Below are positions 18,490 through 28,027 of a stretch of DNA of 58,497 nucleotides, piece after piece. Position 1 is the stretch's first letter, and each line of letters begins with the position of its first letter. Under the pieces are notes generated by a model. It had not been told where the DNA came from, made no database searches, and saw nothing but the letters and a program-made list of their open reading frames with translations. Origin of the DNA: Pseudomonadota bacterium. Its GTDB lineage: Bacteria > UBA10199 > 2-02-FULL-44-16 > JBDRGF01. The position numbers and the translations under genes are program-made. The DNA is taken from NCBI GenBank assembly GCA_043818055.1, contig JBDRGF010000002.1:1-58497 (forward strand), written 5' to 3'.

Positions 18490-19446
18490 ATGATGAAAAA
18501 GACGAGGGTTTTTACTGCCGGAAGTCTGAAAAAGGGTGTTCAAAAACTCTTTCAAAGCGATATCTGTGATCTTCAGACGATAAAAACAGACGAACTTCTA
18601 AAAAATGTTCAAAATCTCAATGCCGAAGACTATATATTCATAAACGCCAGGGATTTTTCGTGGATTTGTGACAAAATAGAGGGGGATAAGACAGCTCTTT
18701 CCAAAAAAGAGGTTAAGTTTGAGGGAGTTGAGGATGCATTCTTTCACAAACTCATCACTGGGGATAAATTGCTCTTTATGGGGCAGATGATGGGCGAGCT
18801 CACGCACGAGATGAACAACTACTTTGCCACGATGCGGATATGTACAGAGGATATCCTTAGCGGGTTAGAGAAGGATAGTATCGACCGTGAAGCTGTGAAA
18901 AAAACGATGAAGATCTATCAGACATATGTGGATAAATTTTCCAATTTTATTCATATTTTAGGTGCCTTTTCAAATCCGCATCTTCAAAAGGGTGATCGCA
19001 TCGATTTAAACCAGACGCTCAAGAATTCCCTGAAGATGTTGGAGTGGTTTTTCGAAAAGAAGCGCATTAAGATAAATCAAAAGCTCTATGATGGCGAGTT
19101 TTCCTATTTTGCCGACTATGCTGAGTTTGAACAGCTTTTCTTAAGCCTTCTCACATTTGCCAAAGATTCAGTTCTTTTGAAGGAAGAGACGGGAAAGGAG
19201 ATCTCTCTGGAGTCGGGTTACGATAAAAACACCCTCTACGTTAAGATCAGAGACAACGGCCCGGGGGTTTTGAACGATGTTACGAGAGGTCTTTTAAATC
19301 CGATGTCAGGTGATGATGAACAGGATCCGGCCTATTCGATCGGGCTCTCTTTGGTGAATTATGTAGTGCATAAATATAAAGGGCATCTCGATGTCGAGTC
19401 AGGCAAGAGTGGAAGTGCTTTTACAGTCTGTTTTCCGAAAAAGTGA
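18490..19446 (+). CDS. sensor histidine kinase-like protein (degenerate HATPase boxes)
   Basis: H-box GELTHEMNN, G1 DNGPG; N-box reads QLFLSLLTFAKD; adjacent to a response regulator. Confidence 0.85.
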   Translation: MMKKTRVFTAGSLKKGVQKLFQSDICDLQTIKTDELLKNVQNLNAEDYIFINARDFSWICDKIEGDKTALSKKEVKFEGVEDAFFHKLITGDKLLFMGQMMGELTHEMNNYFATMRICTEDILSGLEKDSIDREAVKKTMKIYQTYVDKFSNFIHILGAFSNPHLQKGDRIDLNQTLKNSLKMLEWFFEKKRIKINQKLYDGEFSYFADYAEFEQLFLSLLTFAKDSVLLKEETGKEISLESGYDKNTLYVKIRDNGPGVLNDVTRGLLNPMSGDDEQDPAYSIGLSLVNYVVHKYKGHLDVESGKSGSAFTVCFPKK

Positions 19447-19493
19447 ATTTTGTTTGCGACATGAGATTAAGATAAAGAACACAAGGAGAAAAT

Positions 19494-20858
19494 ATGAATA
19501 ATATTTTGCTGGTGGATGACGACAAGGATTTTTGTGAATTGCTATCAGGCATGCTCGATGGAGGAGAATACAAAGTTGATGTATCTTTTGATGCAAAGGA
19601 TGCTCTGGAGCATGTGAAAAAGAGTGTTTACGATGTTGTCCTCACCGATCTCAAAATGCCCGATATGGATGGGTTAGATCTTTTGGCAAAGGTGAAGTTG
19701 GCCTCCCCTTCTACGATTGTGATAATAATGACGGCATATGGAACAGTTCAAAATGCGGTCGAAGCGATGAAGCAGGGGGCATTCGATTATATCCTGAAAC
19801 CCTTCTCCACAGAAGAAGTGAAGGTAAAGATCTCGAAGGCTTTTGCTCAGCAAAAGCAGATCCTGAAAAACGAAATAATGGAGGAGACGATCCAGACTCA
19901 GTTTGGTCCGATGATAGGAAGCTCATCCCAGATGAAGCAGGTCTATAATCTCATTTCAAAAGTTGCATCGACTAATACTAGCGTGCTGATAACAGGCCCG
20001 AGCGGGACTGGAAAGGAACTTGCCGCGCACGAACTCTATAAAAGAAGCAGCAGAGCTAACGCTCCATTTGTAGATGTAAAATGCGTTGCCTTCGCGAGCG
20101 AAGAGCTGCAGAGAGAACTGTTTGGCTATGAGAATGGAGTCCACACAGATGGATCTGAGAGAAAGCGGGGGAGATTAGAGCTCGCGAATGGTGGTACGCT
20201 CTTTCTCGATGAGATTGGCGACCTGAATTCGGAGATTCAGGCAAAGCTCATGGGCTTTCTTGAGGAGGGGAATTTTCACAGGCAGGGAGGAAAAGAGAAT
20301 GTTAAAGTCGATGTCAGAATAATATCTTCTACGACAAAAGATGTTCGGAAGTTGATAACTGAGGGGAAGTTCAGAGAGGATCTTTTTTTTAAACTCAACA
20401 CCTTTTCGATAGAAATCCCGTCGCTTAAGGAACGGGGTGAAGATCTCTATGAGCTGATCAATCATTATCTTTTCAAATATAATAAAGAACAAAATAAAAA
20501 GGTGAGGCCATCTTCGGATGTGATAGATATCTTAAGTAGATATAACTGGCCGGGAAATATCCGGGAACTCGACAATGTTATCAGCCAGTCCATCATTCTT
20601 GCAGATGGTGAGTTCATAGAAGCTGAGCATCTGCCGATAGCGGTGCTTACGGCTGTTGGATATGATATTAATAATAATATGAAGAAGAAGTTGACCCTCG
20701 CTTCTCAAATGAACGCGATCGAAGCTCAGGTGATAAGGGAGGCGCTGGAGGAGACTGGATGGAACCAGGTCAGAGCTGCCAAAAAGCTGGGATATAAGAG
20801 AACGTCACTACAATACAAGATGAAAAAATATGGTCTGCTCCAGTCAAAATCTAAGTGA
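19494..20858 (+). CDS. NtrC/AtoC-family response regulator (REC-AAA+-Fis HTH), atypical GAFTGA loop
   Basis: LLVDDD, TDLKMP, GPSGTGKE, LFLDEIG, FREDLFFKL, WPGNIREL, AAKKLG-HTH; GAFTGA position reads GVHTDG. Confidence 0.93.
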   Translation: MNNILLVDDDKDFCELLSGMLDGGEYKVDVSFDAKDALEHVKKSVYDVVLTDLKMPDMDGLDLLAKVKLASPSTIVIIMTAYGTVQNAVEAMKQGAFDYILKPFSTEEVKVKISKAFAQQKQILKNEIMEETIQTQFGPMIGSSSQMKQVYNLISKVASTNTSVLITGPSGTGKELAAHELYKRSSRANAPFVDVKCVAFASEELQRELFGYENGVHTDGSERKRGRLELANGGTLFLDEIGDLNSEIQAKLMGFLEEGNFHRQGGKENVKVDVRIISSTTKDVRKLITEGKFREDLFFKLNTFSIEIPSLKERGEDLYELINHYLFKYNKEQNKKVRPSSDVIDILSRYNWPGNIRELDNVISQSIILADGEFIEAEHLPIAVLTAVGYDINNNMKKKLTLASQMNAIEAQVIREALEETGWNQVRAAKKLGYKRTSLQYKMKKYGLLQSKSK

Positions 20859-21156
20859 TATGTGGGGCACTAAAATTATTTGTATATAAATCAGGTATTT
20901 TTTACCGTCAAAAAAATCTCGTCCTGAGTACAATCAAACCCATTTTGAGTGAATTTCTAAAAAAACTGCCTGGAACCTGGCAAATCTGATGTTTTATTTT
21001 TCTTATTAACATCAATAATATCTTTCGATTTCATATGGATAGAATAGAAATTTTTTAAAACCGTTTTTAACACTTGCCAAGTTTTGGTCATAATTTTGGC
21101 ATGTTAACATTTTGAAATCCTTAGAGATTTTTTGTAAGATTTTGTATTGTAAAATG

Positions 21157-21172
21157 TGGAACGAATATTGCT
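21157..21172 (+). promoter_or_regulatory. putative sigma54 (-24/-12) promoter with upstream activator-site-like inverted repeats at 21075-21101
   Basis: TGGAACGAATATTGCT = GG-N10-GC, one mismatch to TGGCACG-N4-TTGCW; tgccaa...ttggca repeat ~80-110 bp upstream of the predicted +1. Confidence 0.65.
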
Positions 21173-21182
21173 TTACAAATGG

Positions 21183-21243
21183 GTAACATATCCCTTCCTT
21201 CTTTCTCCTACCCCATCTCTTAAACAAGATGGGGTATTTTTTT
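21183..21243 (+). ncRNA. candidate sigma54-dependent small RNA (~60 nt)
   Basis: Between the sigma54 motif and a + strand terminator; no ORF; CU-rich anti-SD-like tract cccttccttctttctcct. Confidence 0.5.
21209..21243 (+). terminator. intrinsic terminator
   Basis: taccccatct-cttaaaca-agatggggta followed by T7. Confidence 0.85.
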
Positions 21244-21264
21244 ACCCAAAATACAAAAAGCCAT

Positions 21265-22143
21265 TCAATTTGCAGTTCGATAAAATATTCCCCATCTCAC
21301 CCCCAGATCGCTGATAGTAACTTCACTTTTTTTCATCCGTTTCATTATTCCTTCGAGGATGAGAAGGCCGGCCAAAATTACATCCGCACGCTCAGGCATG
21401 AGGCCCTTGATCGATTTGCGTTCTCTTATAGAAAGGCTTGTCAGCTTATCGACGATATCCTTTATCTCTTTTGAAGTGACTTTCATTTTGTGAATTTTTT
21501 CTCTGTCATATTCTATCAGACCAAGTTTTATTGAGCCGAGCGTCGTCGCTGTCCCGGCGTTTGCAATCAGAGGATAGTCGGTTGTGATATCCGGCAGCTC
21601 TTTTGAGATGGCCTCTCTTGCCTTTGTGACTTCAGAAGTAGTTACCGGATCGCTCAAGAGACATTCTTCAGTGAGTTTCACACAACCGAGCGGTAGGCTG
21701 ATCGGTTTTTGGTTTGATATTGCTATCTCTGTCGATCCCCCTCCGATATCGATCACAGCTATCTTTTCTCCGAAGTCCCGCACTGAAGCATCGAACGTGA
21801 GGGTGGCTTCATCCTCTTCTGATAATACTTCGATATCCATTCCAAATCTTTCCTTGATCAAGTCGATGAACTCAGAACTGTTCTTTGAAACCCTCAATGC
21901 CGCTGTGCCGATCAGCTTTGTGATATCGACACTGTGGTCCTTTGCGATTTCAAGATATGTCCCAATTGCTTGAGAGGTTCTTTCGATGGCCAACTTTTTT
22001 AATGATTTATTTTCGCTCAGTCCCTCACCAAGGCGGGTCACCTGAATCAGATCCTCGAGGATCTGTGGCTTTTTGTCCTTCTCGACTTTCGCGATCAGGA
22101 GGAGCGTCGAATTCGTCCCTATGTCAATCACTGCAATTTTCAT
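21265..22143 (-). CDS. ppx: Ppx/GppA-family phosphatase (short form)
   Basis: IDIGTNS, TRLGEG, GTAALR, DIGGGSTE, RADVILAG, DLGVRWG. Confidence 0.92.
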   Translation of the reverse strand: MKIAVIDIGTNSTLLLIAKVEKDKKPQILEDLIQVTRLGEGLSENKSLKKLAIERTSQAIGTYLEIAKDHSVDITKLIGTAALRVSKNSSEFIDLIKERFGMDIEVLSEEDEATLTFDASVRDFGEKIAVIDIGGGSTEIAISNQKPISLPLGCVKLTEECLLSDPVTTSEVTKAREAISKELPDITTDYPLIANAGTATTLGSIKLGLIEYDREKIHKMKVTSKEIKDIVDKLTSLSIRERKSIKGLMPERADVILAGLLILEGIMKRMKKSEVTISDLGVRWGIFYRTAN

Positions 22144-22170
22144 AAATTTTTACATTGAACGCCGTAGGCA

Positions 22171-23442
22171 TTACTGCCTTTTTGGTCCCCAATCCGGCAA
22201 TATGCCTCCACCCTTTGAAACTCTCACCTGATTTGAACCGTCAGCCCTCATGATATATATAGCAGATCCCCCCTCCCTCGTTGATGAGAAGGCGATCCAT
22301 CTGCCATCCGGCGACCATGTCGGGTTTTCATTGTTGCCTGAGCCGATTGTCAGGCGTTGGATATTTGACCCATCTGGATTCATGATGAATATGTCGAACG
22401 CTCCCATATCGCGTCCTGCGAAGGCGATCTTATCGCCGACAGGAGACCACGCGGGCATGTCGTTTTGGTAGCCGACGAATGTGAGCCTCAAGGGGAAGCT
22501 TCCCGAGAGGTTCATACTGTAGAGATGCAGCTTTCCCGTCCTGTCGGAGGCGAAGACGAATTCCTGCCCGCCTGGAGACCAACTGGGCGATATGTCGATG
22601 CCGAATGAATTTGTAATCTGTTTGACGCCCTTTCCTCTGGGGCTTGCTAGATATAGCTCTGTGTCGGATGTGCGCGAGGAGGCGAAGAGAATTTTATCTC
22701 CAGTGGGTGAGAATGCAGGGGTCAGGTTCGCCCCTTCGCTCGATGTGACTCGGGTCATATTGTTTCCACCCAATTTTTTCAGATATAGCTCAGGCGTTCC
22801 ATTTGCGTAGGAGGTGAATGCCAGGCTACCTCCATCGGGTGACCACGCAGGGCTTATGTTTATGCTCTTGTTCTTCGTGACGAGCCACGATCCATAGCCA
22901 TCCATGTCCATCACGGCGATCTCTTTCCTGTTTTTCTTTTCTGGCGCGACATAGGCGATCTTCGTGTTGAAAACACCGCTAATGCCTGTGAGAGCGAGCA
23001 TTATCTCATCCGAAAAACGATGAGCGACCTCCCTGATTTGATCCTTCCCCGCCTGATATTCTTTTCCAACGAGCATTTCCCCTGCTAAAGAATCGTAGAG
23101 CCTGAGCGAGACCGTGAGTTTTCCCTGTGATTCCTTGACTATTTTGCCTTTGACGAGTGCCAGCGCGTCGATCTGGCGCCACTTGTCGAAGTTGATCTGA
23201 TCCGAATCTTTCCCCTCAGATTTTTCCACCTCTTTTGTTGACTCCGGGGAGAAAACATTGAAGTACCCTGAGAGCATCATATCATTTCTTATCACCTCGG
23301 CTATGTTCTTTCCATCAGAGTAATTGAGATCGCAAATGGCGATCGGAAATTTTTCATCTGATGGCTGATTGACAGGGATGTAGATCTTTGCAAAAGATGT
23401 TGCTGGAATTAAAAGAGCGATGATAAAAAGTAACCGTTTCAT
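22171..23442 (-). CDS. tolB: Tol-Pal beta-propeller protein TolB
   Basis: Signal peptide MKRLLF, AHRFSDEI, repeated PAWSPDG (PD40) motifs; aggag RBS before ATG 23442. Confidence 0.95.
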   Translation of the reverse strand: MKRLLFIIALLIPATSFAKIYIPVNQPSDEKFPIAICDLNYSDGKNIAEVIRNDMMLSGYFNVFSPESTKEVEKSEGKDSDQINFDKWRQIDALALVKGKIVKESQGKLTVSLRLYDSLAGEMLVGKEYQAGKDQIREVAHRFSDEIMLALTGISGVFNTKIAYVAPEKKNRKEIAVMDMDGYGSWLVTKNKSINISPAWSPDGGSLAFTSYANGTPELYLKKLGGNNMTRVTSSEGANLTPAFSPTGDKILFASSRTSDTELYLASPRGKGVKQITNSFGIDISPSWSPGGQEFVFASDRTGKLHLYSMNLSGSFPLRLTFVGYQNDMPAWSPVGDKIAFAGRDMGAFDIFIMNPDGSNIQRLTIGSGNNENPTWSPDGRWIAFSSTREGGSAIYIMRADGSNQVRVSKGGGILPDWGPKRQ

Positions 23443-23460
23443 ATTTGTTCTCCTGAAAAG

Positions 23461-23549
23461 GCGCATGTGGCATGTAGTATGTAGCATGTAGTAAAAACCT
23501 TTTCAAATGAGTTTTTCACTACATGCTACATGCCACATGCTACATACGC
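23461..23549. repeat. palindrome built from tandem 7-mers (CATGTAG / CTACATG)
   Basis: gcatgtg gcatgta gtatgta gcatgta gt ... ac tacatgc tacatgc cacatgc tacatac gc, between tolA and tolB. Confidence 0.8.
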
Positions 23550-23558
23550 TTTTATCTT

Positions 23559-24293
23559 TCAATATTTATCCCTCAAACTCGGATCGAATTCAACGAGGAA
23601 TCCTTCATTGTAAGCCTCCCAGGCCAGCTTATCAGGCGGCTTTGGAAGGGGACTCGCTTTTTTGATAGCCCTGACACACGAGGCGTCGAAGGAATTATTT
23701 CCGGATGGATCCACCCAGCGAATCGAAGTCACTTCACCCTCTTCGTTGATCGATACTTCGATGCTCGCTGTTATATGTATGTTCTCATTTGCAGTACTTC
23801 GTATCATGCTGAACCACTCCTGGGAAATCTTTGCCCTGACCTTTGCCTGATATTGCAGATAAACGAGATCATCCGGGGATACCTTGATCGGCTTATCTCC
23901 CGTCCCCTCCTCAAATCCACCCTTCTCCTCTTTAACCTGTGCCGTTTCTGGTTCGTATTGTTCCTTGACCAGATCCTTGTCGATCTTGGAGAGGGCTTTC
24001 CTTATCATTCTTTCTTCTTTTGTGAGCTTTTTCTTTTGTTTTACCGGTTTTTTTTGTGCTGCTGTCATAGTTTTACGGCCGGGCTTTTTCTTCGACTGTT
24101 CAATCGTCACACGGGGAAGCCTCGTGAGTTTTTTATGTTCAGGAAAAAGTGTTTCTCCTGTTCCTCTCGGAAGGACTATGAGATTTACCATGATCGGATG
24201 ATATTCCTTTCCGAACCTGAGAGAGGGTATGGAGGAGATTATCAATATCACAGCAATATGAAACACAAATGAGATAAGGAACGCTTTTCGCAT
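23559..24293 (-). CDS. tolA: TolA/TonB-family protein
   Basis: N-terminal TM with SxxxH motif (SFVFH), Lys-rich linker, C-terminal SGNNSFDASCVRAI..ASPLPKPP; position in tolQRAB. Confidence 0.85.
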   Translation of the reverse strand: MRKAFLISFVFHIAVILIISSIPSLRFGKEYHPIMVNLIVLPRGTGETLFPEHKKLTRLPRVTIEQSKKKPGRKTMTAAQKKPVKQKKKLTKEERMIRKALSKIDKDLVKEQYEPETAQVKEEKGGFEEGTGDKPIKVSPDDLVYLQYQAKVRAKISQEWFSMIRSTANENIHITASIEVSINEEGEVTSIRWVDPSGNNSFDASCVRAIKKASPLPKPPDKLAWEAYNEGFLVEFDPSLRDKY

Positions 24294-24302
24294 CTTAAAG
24301 CT

Positions 24303-24719
24303 CTACTCCGGTTGGGTGAGCATGCCGATTCTATCCACCCCTGCTTTTTTGGCTATGGACATAACCTGCACGATAGTTTTGTAACGCAGCTGTTCATCGG
24401 CCTTGATAAAGAGATCCTTTCTGAGTTTTGTCGCATAGATTGTCTTAAGTTTTTCTTCGAGCTGTGGTAGAGGAACAGGTTGTGATTCATCGTCGATGTA
24501 AATCCTTTCGTTTTCCTGTATCGTCACAATTACATCGCTCTGGGTTCTTTTGAGCGCTGGCGATTCAGCCTTTGGAAGATTTACAGGCATTCCCTGTTGG
24601 AGAAAGGGGGCTGTCAGAATAAAAATTATCAAAAGCGTCAGCGCGACATCGACGAGCGGTGTGACGTTTATCTGTGATAAAATCTGTTCATGTTTTCTGA
24701 TCGGTCTTTTTAATTTCAT
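24303..24719 (-). CDS. tolR: TolR/ExbD
   Basis: INVTPLVDVALTLLIIF, IKAD, AGVDRIG. Confidence 0.92.
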   Translation of the reverse strand: MKLKRPIRKHEQILSQINVTPLVDVALTLLIIFILTAPFLQQGMPVNLPKAESPALKRTQSDVIVTIQENERIYIDDESQPVPLPQLEEKLKTIYATKLRKDLFIKADEQLRYKTIVQVMSIAKKAGVDRIGMLTQPE

Positions 24720-25432
24720 GAAAAATATTCCTTTTCAACTCTGTTCAGGAGATCTTCGGAAAAATCATTTAAGTCTTTGGCCTGTATCCTGATCTTATTG
24801 ATAAAGCGGTTGTAAAAGAAGACGGCCGGGATTGCGGCACAGAGGCCAAATACAGTTGTGATCAAGGCTTCAGCGATATGCGGACCTACGACTGTGAGGC
24901 TTGAAACACCGGTTTTTCCGATCTTCCAGAAGACATATAATATTCCCCAGACGGTTCCCAGAAGTCCGATGAATGGGGCAATAGTCGAAGTGGTCGCTAA
25001 GAAGGGTATGTTTTCTTCCATCAGTTCGACCTCATCATCCGTTGAACGTCTTATCTCTCTTTCAACCTGCTCGATGCTGTTTTTACTCTTTTTTACCTTT
25101 CTGACCGCTTCGATGGTGTTTTTGAAAATATTAAAGGCGGGGCTCTTGCTGAACTTGTGTTCCTCTATGAGCTCATCGATGTTTTCCGCATTCAAAAATT
25201 CGGTGAAGAATTTTTTATCCTTGCGCTGGTTTCTTTTCAGCGATCGTGATTTCTGCCCAATTATAGCCCAGCAGAAGACAGACATGAGCAGCAGGATGAG
25301 TATCGTGAACTGGATGAAGACGCTGGAAGAGAACATCATGGCCAATAGACCGCTGTTCTGTCCAGTTACAGTCGCTGTCTCGACGGTGGGTTCTGCTGCC
25401 TGGGCGATAGAGATTAACATTGTCAGAATCAT
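24716..25432 (-). CDS. tolQ: TolQ/ExbB
   Basis: LATTSTIAPFIGLLGTVWGI, VGPHIAEALITT, AIPAVFFYN. Confidence 0.92.
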   Translation of the reverse strand: MILTMLISIAQAAEPTVETATVTGQNSGLLAMMFSSSVFIQFTILILLLMSVFCWAIIGQKSRSLKRNQRKDKKFFTEFLNAENIDELIEEHKFSKSPAFNIFKNTIEAVRKVKKSKNSIEQVEREIRRSTDDEVELMEENIPFLATTSTIAPFIGLLGTVWGILYVFWKIGKTGVSSLTVVGPHIAEALITTVFGLCAAIPAVFFYNRFINKIRIQAKDLNDFSEDLLNRVEKEYFS

Positions 25433-25487
25433 AATAGATCTCCTTAAATTGTTGGAAATTCGATTTGATTAGTAATTATTTTGGCTG

Positions 25488-25517
25488 ATAATACTTGTTC
25501 GGTAATTTGATTGTCAA
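25488..25517 (-). promoter_or_regulatory. putative sigma70 promoter of tolQRAB
   Basis: Minus strand TTGACA (25517-25512), 18 bp spacer, TATTAT (25493-25488). Confidence 0.5.
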
Positions 25518-25718
25518 CATAACAATCAGTTTTTTGAAAAAGGGGCTTTATTAGGGGATTGACAAAAACTTCGAATTTGCACATAAAAGGGAGCACTTTG
25601 ATAATTGCTATGAAAATAGTGCTACTCAGAAGATGATGAATTTCTAAGTCTCAACACTCATACATCCAGTTTTTGTTTTATCTGAAAAAACATTTGTCGT
25701 AGTTGTAGTTAAAGCTAA

Positions 25719-25750
25719 GGGCCGGGTTCATCCCCCCAGATGCCCGGCCC
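25719..25750 (-). terminator. GC-rich hairpin, probable terminator
   Basis: gggccggg...cccggccc 20 nt downstream of the 25771..26109 gene. Confidence 0.55.
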
Positions 25751-25770
25751 CGACGCTTTGATTCTGATTC

Positions 25771-26109
25771 TCAGTTGTACAACCAGTCCGATATTTGGTG
25801 GAAGTCGCCTCCCTTTGGCTTCTCCAGCGCGAATATCTCTTTATTAAAAGATGTGGCATGATTCATTCCATCGATGAGGGTCTTGTCTAAATGTCCTTCC
25901 GGATTTACGAGAAACACAAGGTCACATTCCTTGATTTTTTCATCCAAATTGTTGTAATTTTCCATACCTGTATCTAGAGCCCCGGAAGAAGATGGGAATA
26001 TTACCTTGCATCCCTTGTTTTCGAAAAAAGTTGTGAAGTTATCCATCGTTCCTATTGAAGCCTGAGCGTTGGATCCCAGAATAACAATTTTCATATCCTG
26101 CTCAAACAT
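25771..26109 (-). CDS. hypothetical protein, nucleoside 2-deoxyribosyltransferase-like fold
   Basis: KIVILGS...GCKVIFP...KIKECDLVFLVNPEGHL...NKEIFALE pattern. Confidence 0.55.
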   Translation of the reverse strand: MFEQDMKIVILGSNAQASIGTMDNFTTFFENKGCKVIFPSSSGALDTGMENYNNLDEKIKECDLVFLVNPEGHLDKTLIDGMNHATSFNKEIFALEKPKGGDFHQISDWLYN

Positions 26110-26196
26110 GGATACTCTATATGTTGTGAATGATGAAAAGGGAAATTAATATTATTAATGTGTAGTATTAGAGCCGCTAAAGGTATTTAATGGCAT

Positions 26197-26964
26197 CTAA
26201 CCATTCACCACTTTATCAGTTGGTGAGGAGGCTAAAGTTGGTTTAGATATGCTGGTTCTAAGTGAGTTAAAAACAGTGACCAATTCACCTTCAATTTCAG
26301 TCAGATTTTCTATTGATACGGAATAATCGATTGAAACAAAAGGTATTGGTATGCCACGAATGAATATGTCTCCTTGCGGTCTTCCATTGGTCAAAGTATG
26401 CCAATCGCTTTCATCAAAAAATGCCTGAAAATTCTCAGTCGGAAGTTGACGTTCTCTGGTCAGATTTCTACGCTTTGCCTCTTCCTCTGTAACGCTCAAA
26501 TACAGTATTGCAGCCCCATTGAGAATCAGATCCTCAAACAGGGCTAGAGTTTTGCTATAAGGGCTTACAGATCCTCTGCAGAGTTCGACAAAAACTGTAT
26601 TATGCTGGAAAAAAGCATGCTGTTTAGCAATGCGGAATGAAATCTCTTCAGATATAAGCACAGAAGTCATATCAAGCAATGTATCTAGATTTCTTGTGAT
26701 ATATCCTGTATGGTCAGCGTTTCTATCTGAGAAAAGGCGCAACTTTGATACTTTGAATAATGCATTATCAATTCTGAAAGCTTGTTCCATAAATGCATAA
26801 TCTGTTAACAGGCTCGGTTCTTTAATCCCGAAGTTATCAAGTCGGGTTTTTTGCGGAAGTTCCATTAAATGATTGATTAGTGTGGTTTTACCAGCCGCAG
26901 GATAGCCTAAAACGAAAACAGTGTTAAAAGTAGGCATCTTAAATTTGGTACCATTCAATATCAT
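26197..26964 (-). CDS. P-loop nucleoside/nucleotide kinase-like protein
   Basis: N-terminal Walker A GYPAAGKT, LYLSVTEEEAKRRNLTR lid-like motif. Confidence 0.65.
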   Translation of the reverse strand: MILNGTKFKMPTFNTVFVLGYPAAGKTTLINHLMELPQKTRLDNFGIKEPSLLTDYAFMEQAFRIDNALFKVSKLRLFSDRNADHTGYITRNLDTLLDMTSVLISEEISFRIAKQHAFFQHNTVFVELCRGSVSPYSKTLALFEDLILNGAAILYLSVTEEEAKRRNLTRERQLPTENFQAFFDESDWHTLTNGRPQGDIFIRGIPIPFVSIDYSVSIENLTEIEGELVTVFNSLRTSISKPTLASSPTDKVVNG

Positions 26965-27117
26965 AATTAACCTCTCAACTGGTCATTTGTTTCCTCCCTT
27001 CATCATTTCACTATTACAATAAATCTGTACTGTCCAGCCAAATAAGCATAATACACTTGACATTTAAACTTACATGATTGTAAGTTCATTTATCCTAAAG
27101 GTAATAATAAGCAAAAA

Positions 27118-28008
27118 ATGATTGACTTAAATCTCATAACTACATTTTTAGAAGTGACTAAGCAAAAAAAGCTTAATTTGGCTGCTCAAAAGTTGTTTTT
27201 GACACAATCTGCCCTGAGTCAACGGATTAAGTCTTTAGAAGTGCAAATTGGTTCCACGTTGTTTTACAGAAAACGTTCTGGGATGGAACTGAACCAATTT
27301 GGAAAGGAATTTTACGAGATTTGTGCGGATTTAGATAGAAATGTTGATTTGCTTAATAGTTGGCTGGATGGTCGAAAAAACCATATTGGTGGGCAGATTA
27401 GGATTGCCACTGTTTCGGGCTTTATGTCTTGTGTCTCTCCTGTATTTTTAAGAAAATTTTTGAAAAAATATCCAGAAGTTCGGGTAAATATATCTGATAA
27501 ATCCAGCGAAGAGGTAGAAAATGAAGTTTTAAGAGGGGCTTATGATGTTGGAATAATCGTAGGACAGTGTAAAAAGCAATCTTTAAAAACTCAAAAATTG
27601 TGTGATAATCATGTATATATGGTGTGCAGTCCTGATTATTTTTTAGCCAAGAAGAAAGATGATATTTCTCCAAATGACTTTGATAAATCCAGGTTTGTTT
27701 GGAAAATTAGCCGTTCTCTAAAATCCATTATGGAGATTCTTAAAATAAATTATCACGATCGCAATGTTGATATTTTTGTTTCGGATATGGACGCTTGTAA
27801 AAAATATGTACTTGCTGGGATTGGTGTTGCTCTTGTTGCCAAAATGTTTATCGATGAAGAATTGAAAAATGGAAAGCTTGTTATATTAGGAAATTATAAA
27901 ATAAATTGGCCAGCCTATCTCATCTCCCGAAGTGAAAAGTATGAACCGCCGGTAATTTCAATCTTCAAAAAGGAGTTTGTGAAATTCTGTGCGGGCAAAG
28001 ACTATTAA
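27118..28008 (+). CDS. LysR-family transcriptional regulator
   Basis: AAQKLFLTQSALSQRIKSLE HTH, 296 aa, divergent from the kinase-like gene. Confidence 0.95.
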   Translation: MIDLNLITTFLEVTKQKKLNLAAQKLFLTQSALSQRIKSLEVQIGSTLFYRKRSGMELNQFGKEFYEICADLDRNVDLLNSWLDGRKNHIGGQIRIATVSGFMSCVSPVFLRKFLKKYPEVRVNISDKSSEEVENEVLRGAYDVGIIVGQCKKQSLKTQKLCDNHVYMVCSPDYFLAKKKDDISPNDFDKSRFVWKISRSLKSIMEILKINYHDRNVDIFVSDMDACKKYVLAGIGVALVAKMFIDEELKNGKLVILGNYKINWPAYLISRSEKYEPPVISIFKKEFVKFCAGKDY

Positions 28009-28027
28009 AGCGTAAAGAAAAACGAAT

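Noticed and set aside
11029..23549. CRISPR array interpretation of the short periodic repeats
   Set aside because: Units are 7-8 bp in tandem with no unique spacers, and there are no cas genes
23523..24272. 249-aa + strand ORF
   Set aside because: Antisense to tolA; its start lies in the heptamer repeat
25559..25750. Possible + strand sRNA or attenuator leader peptide MKIVLLRR after a TTGACA
   Set aside because: Weak -10, no downstream + strand gene to attenuate, and the hairpin is explained as the terminator of the minus-strand gene
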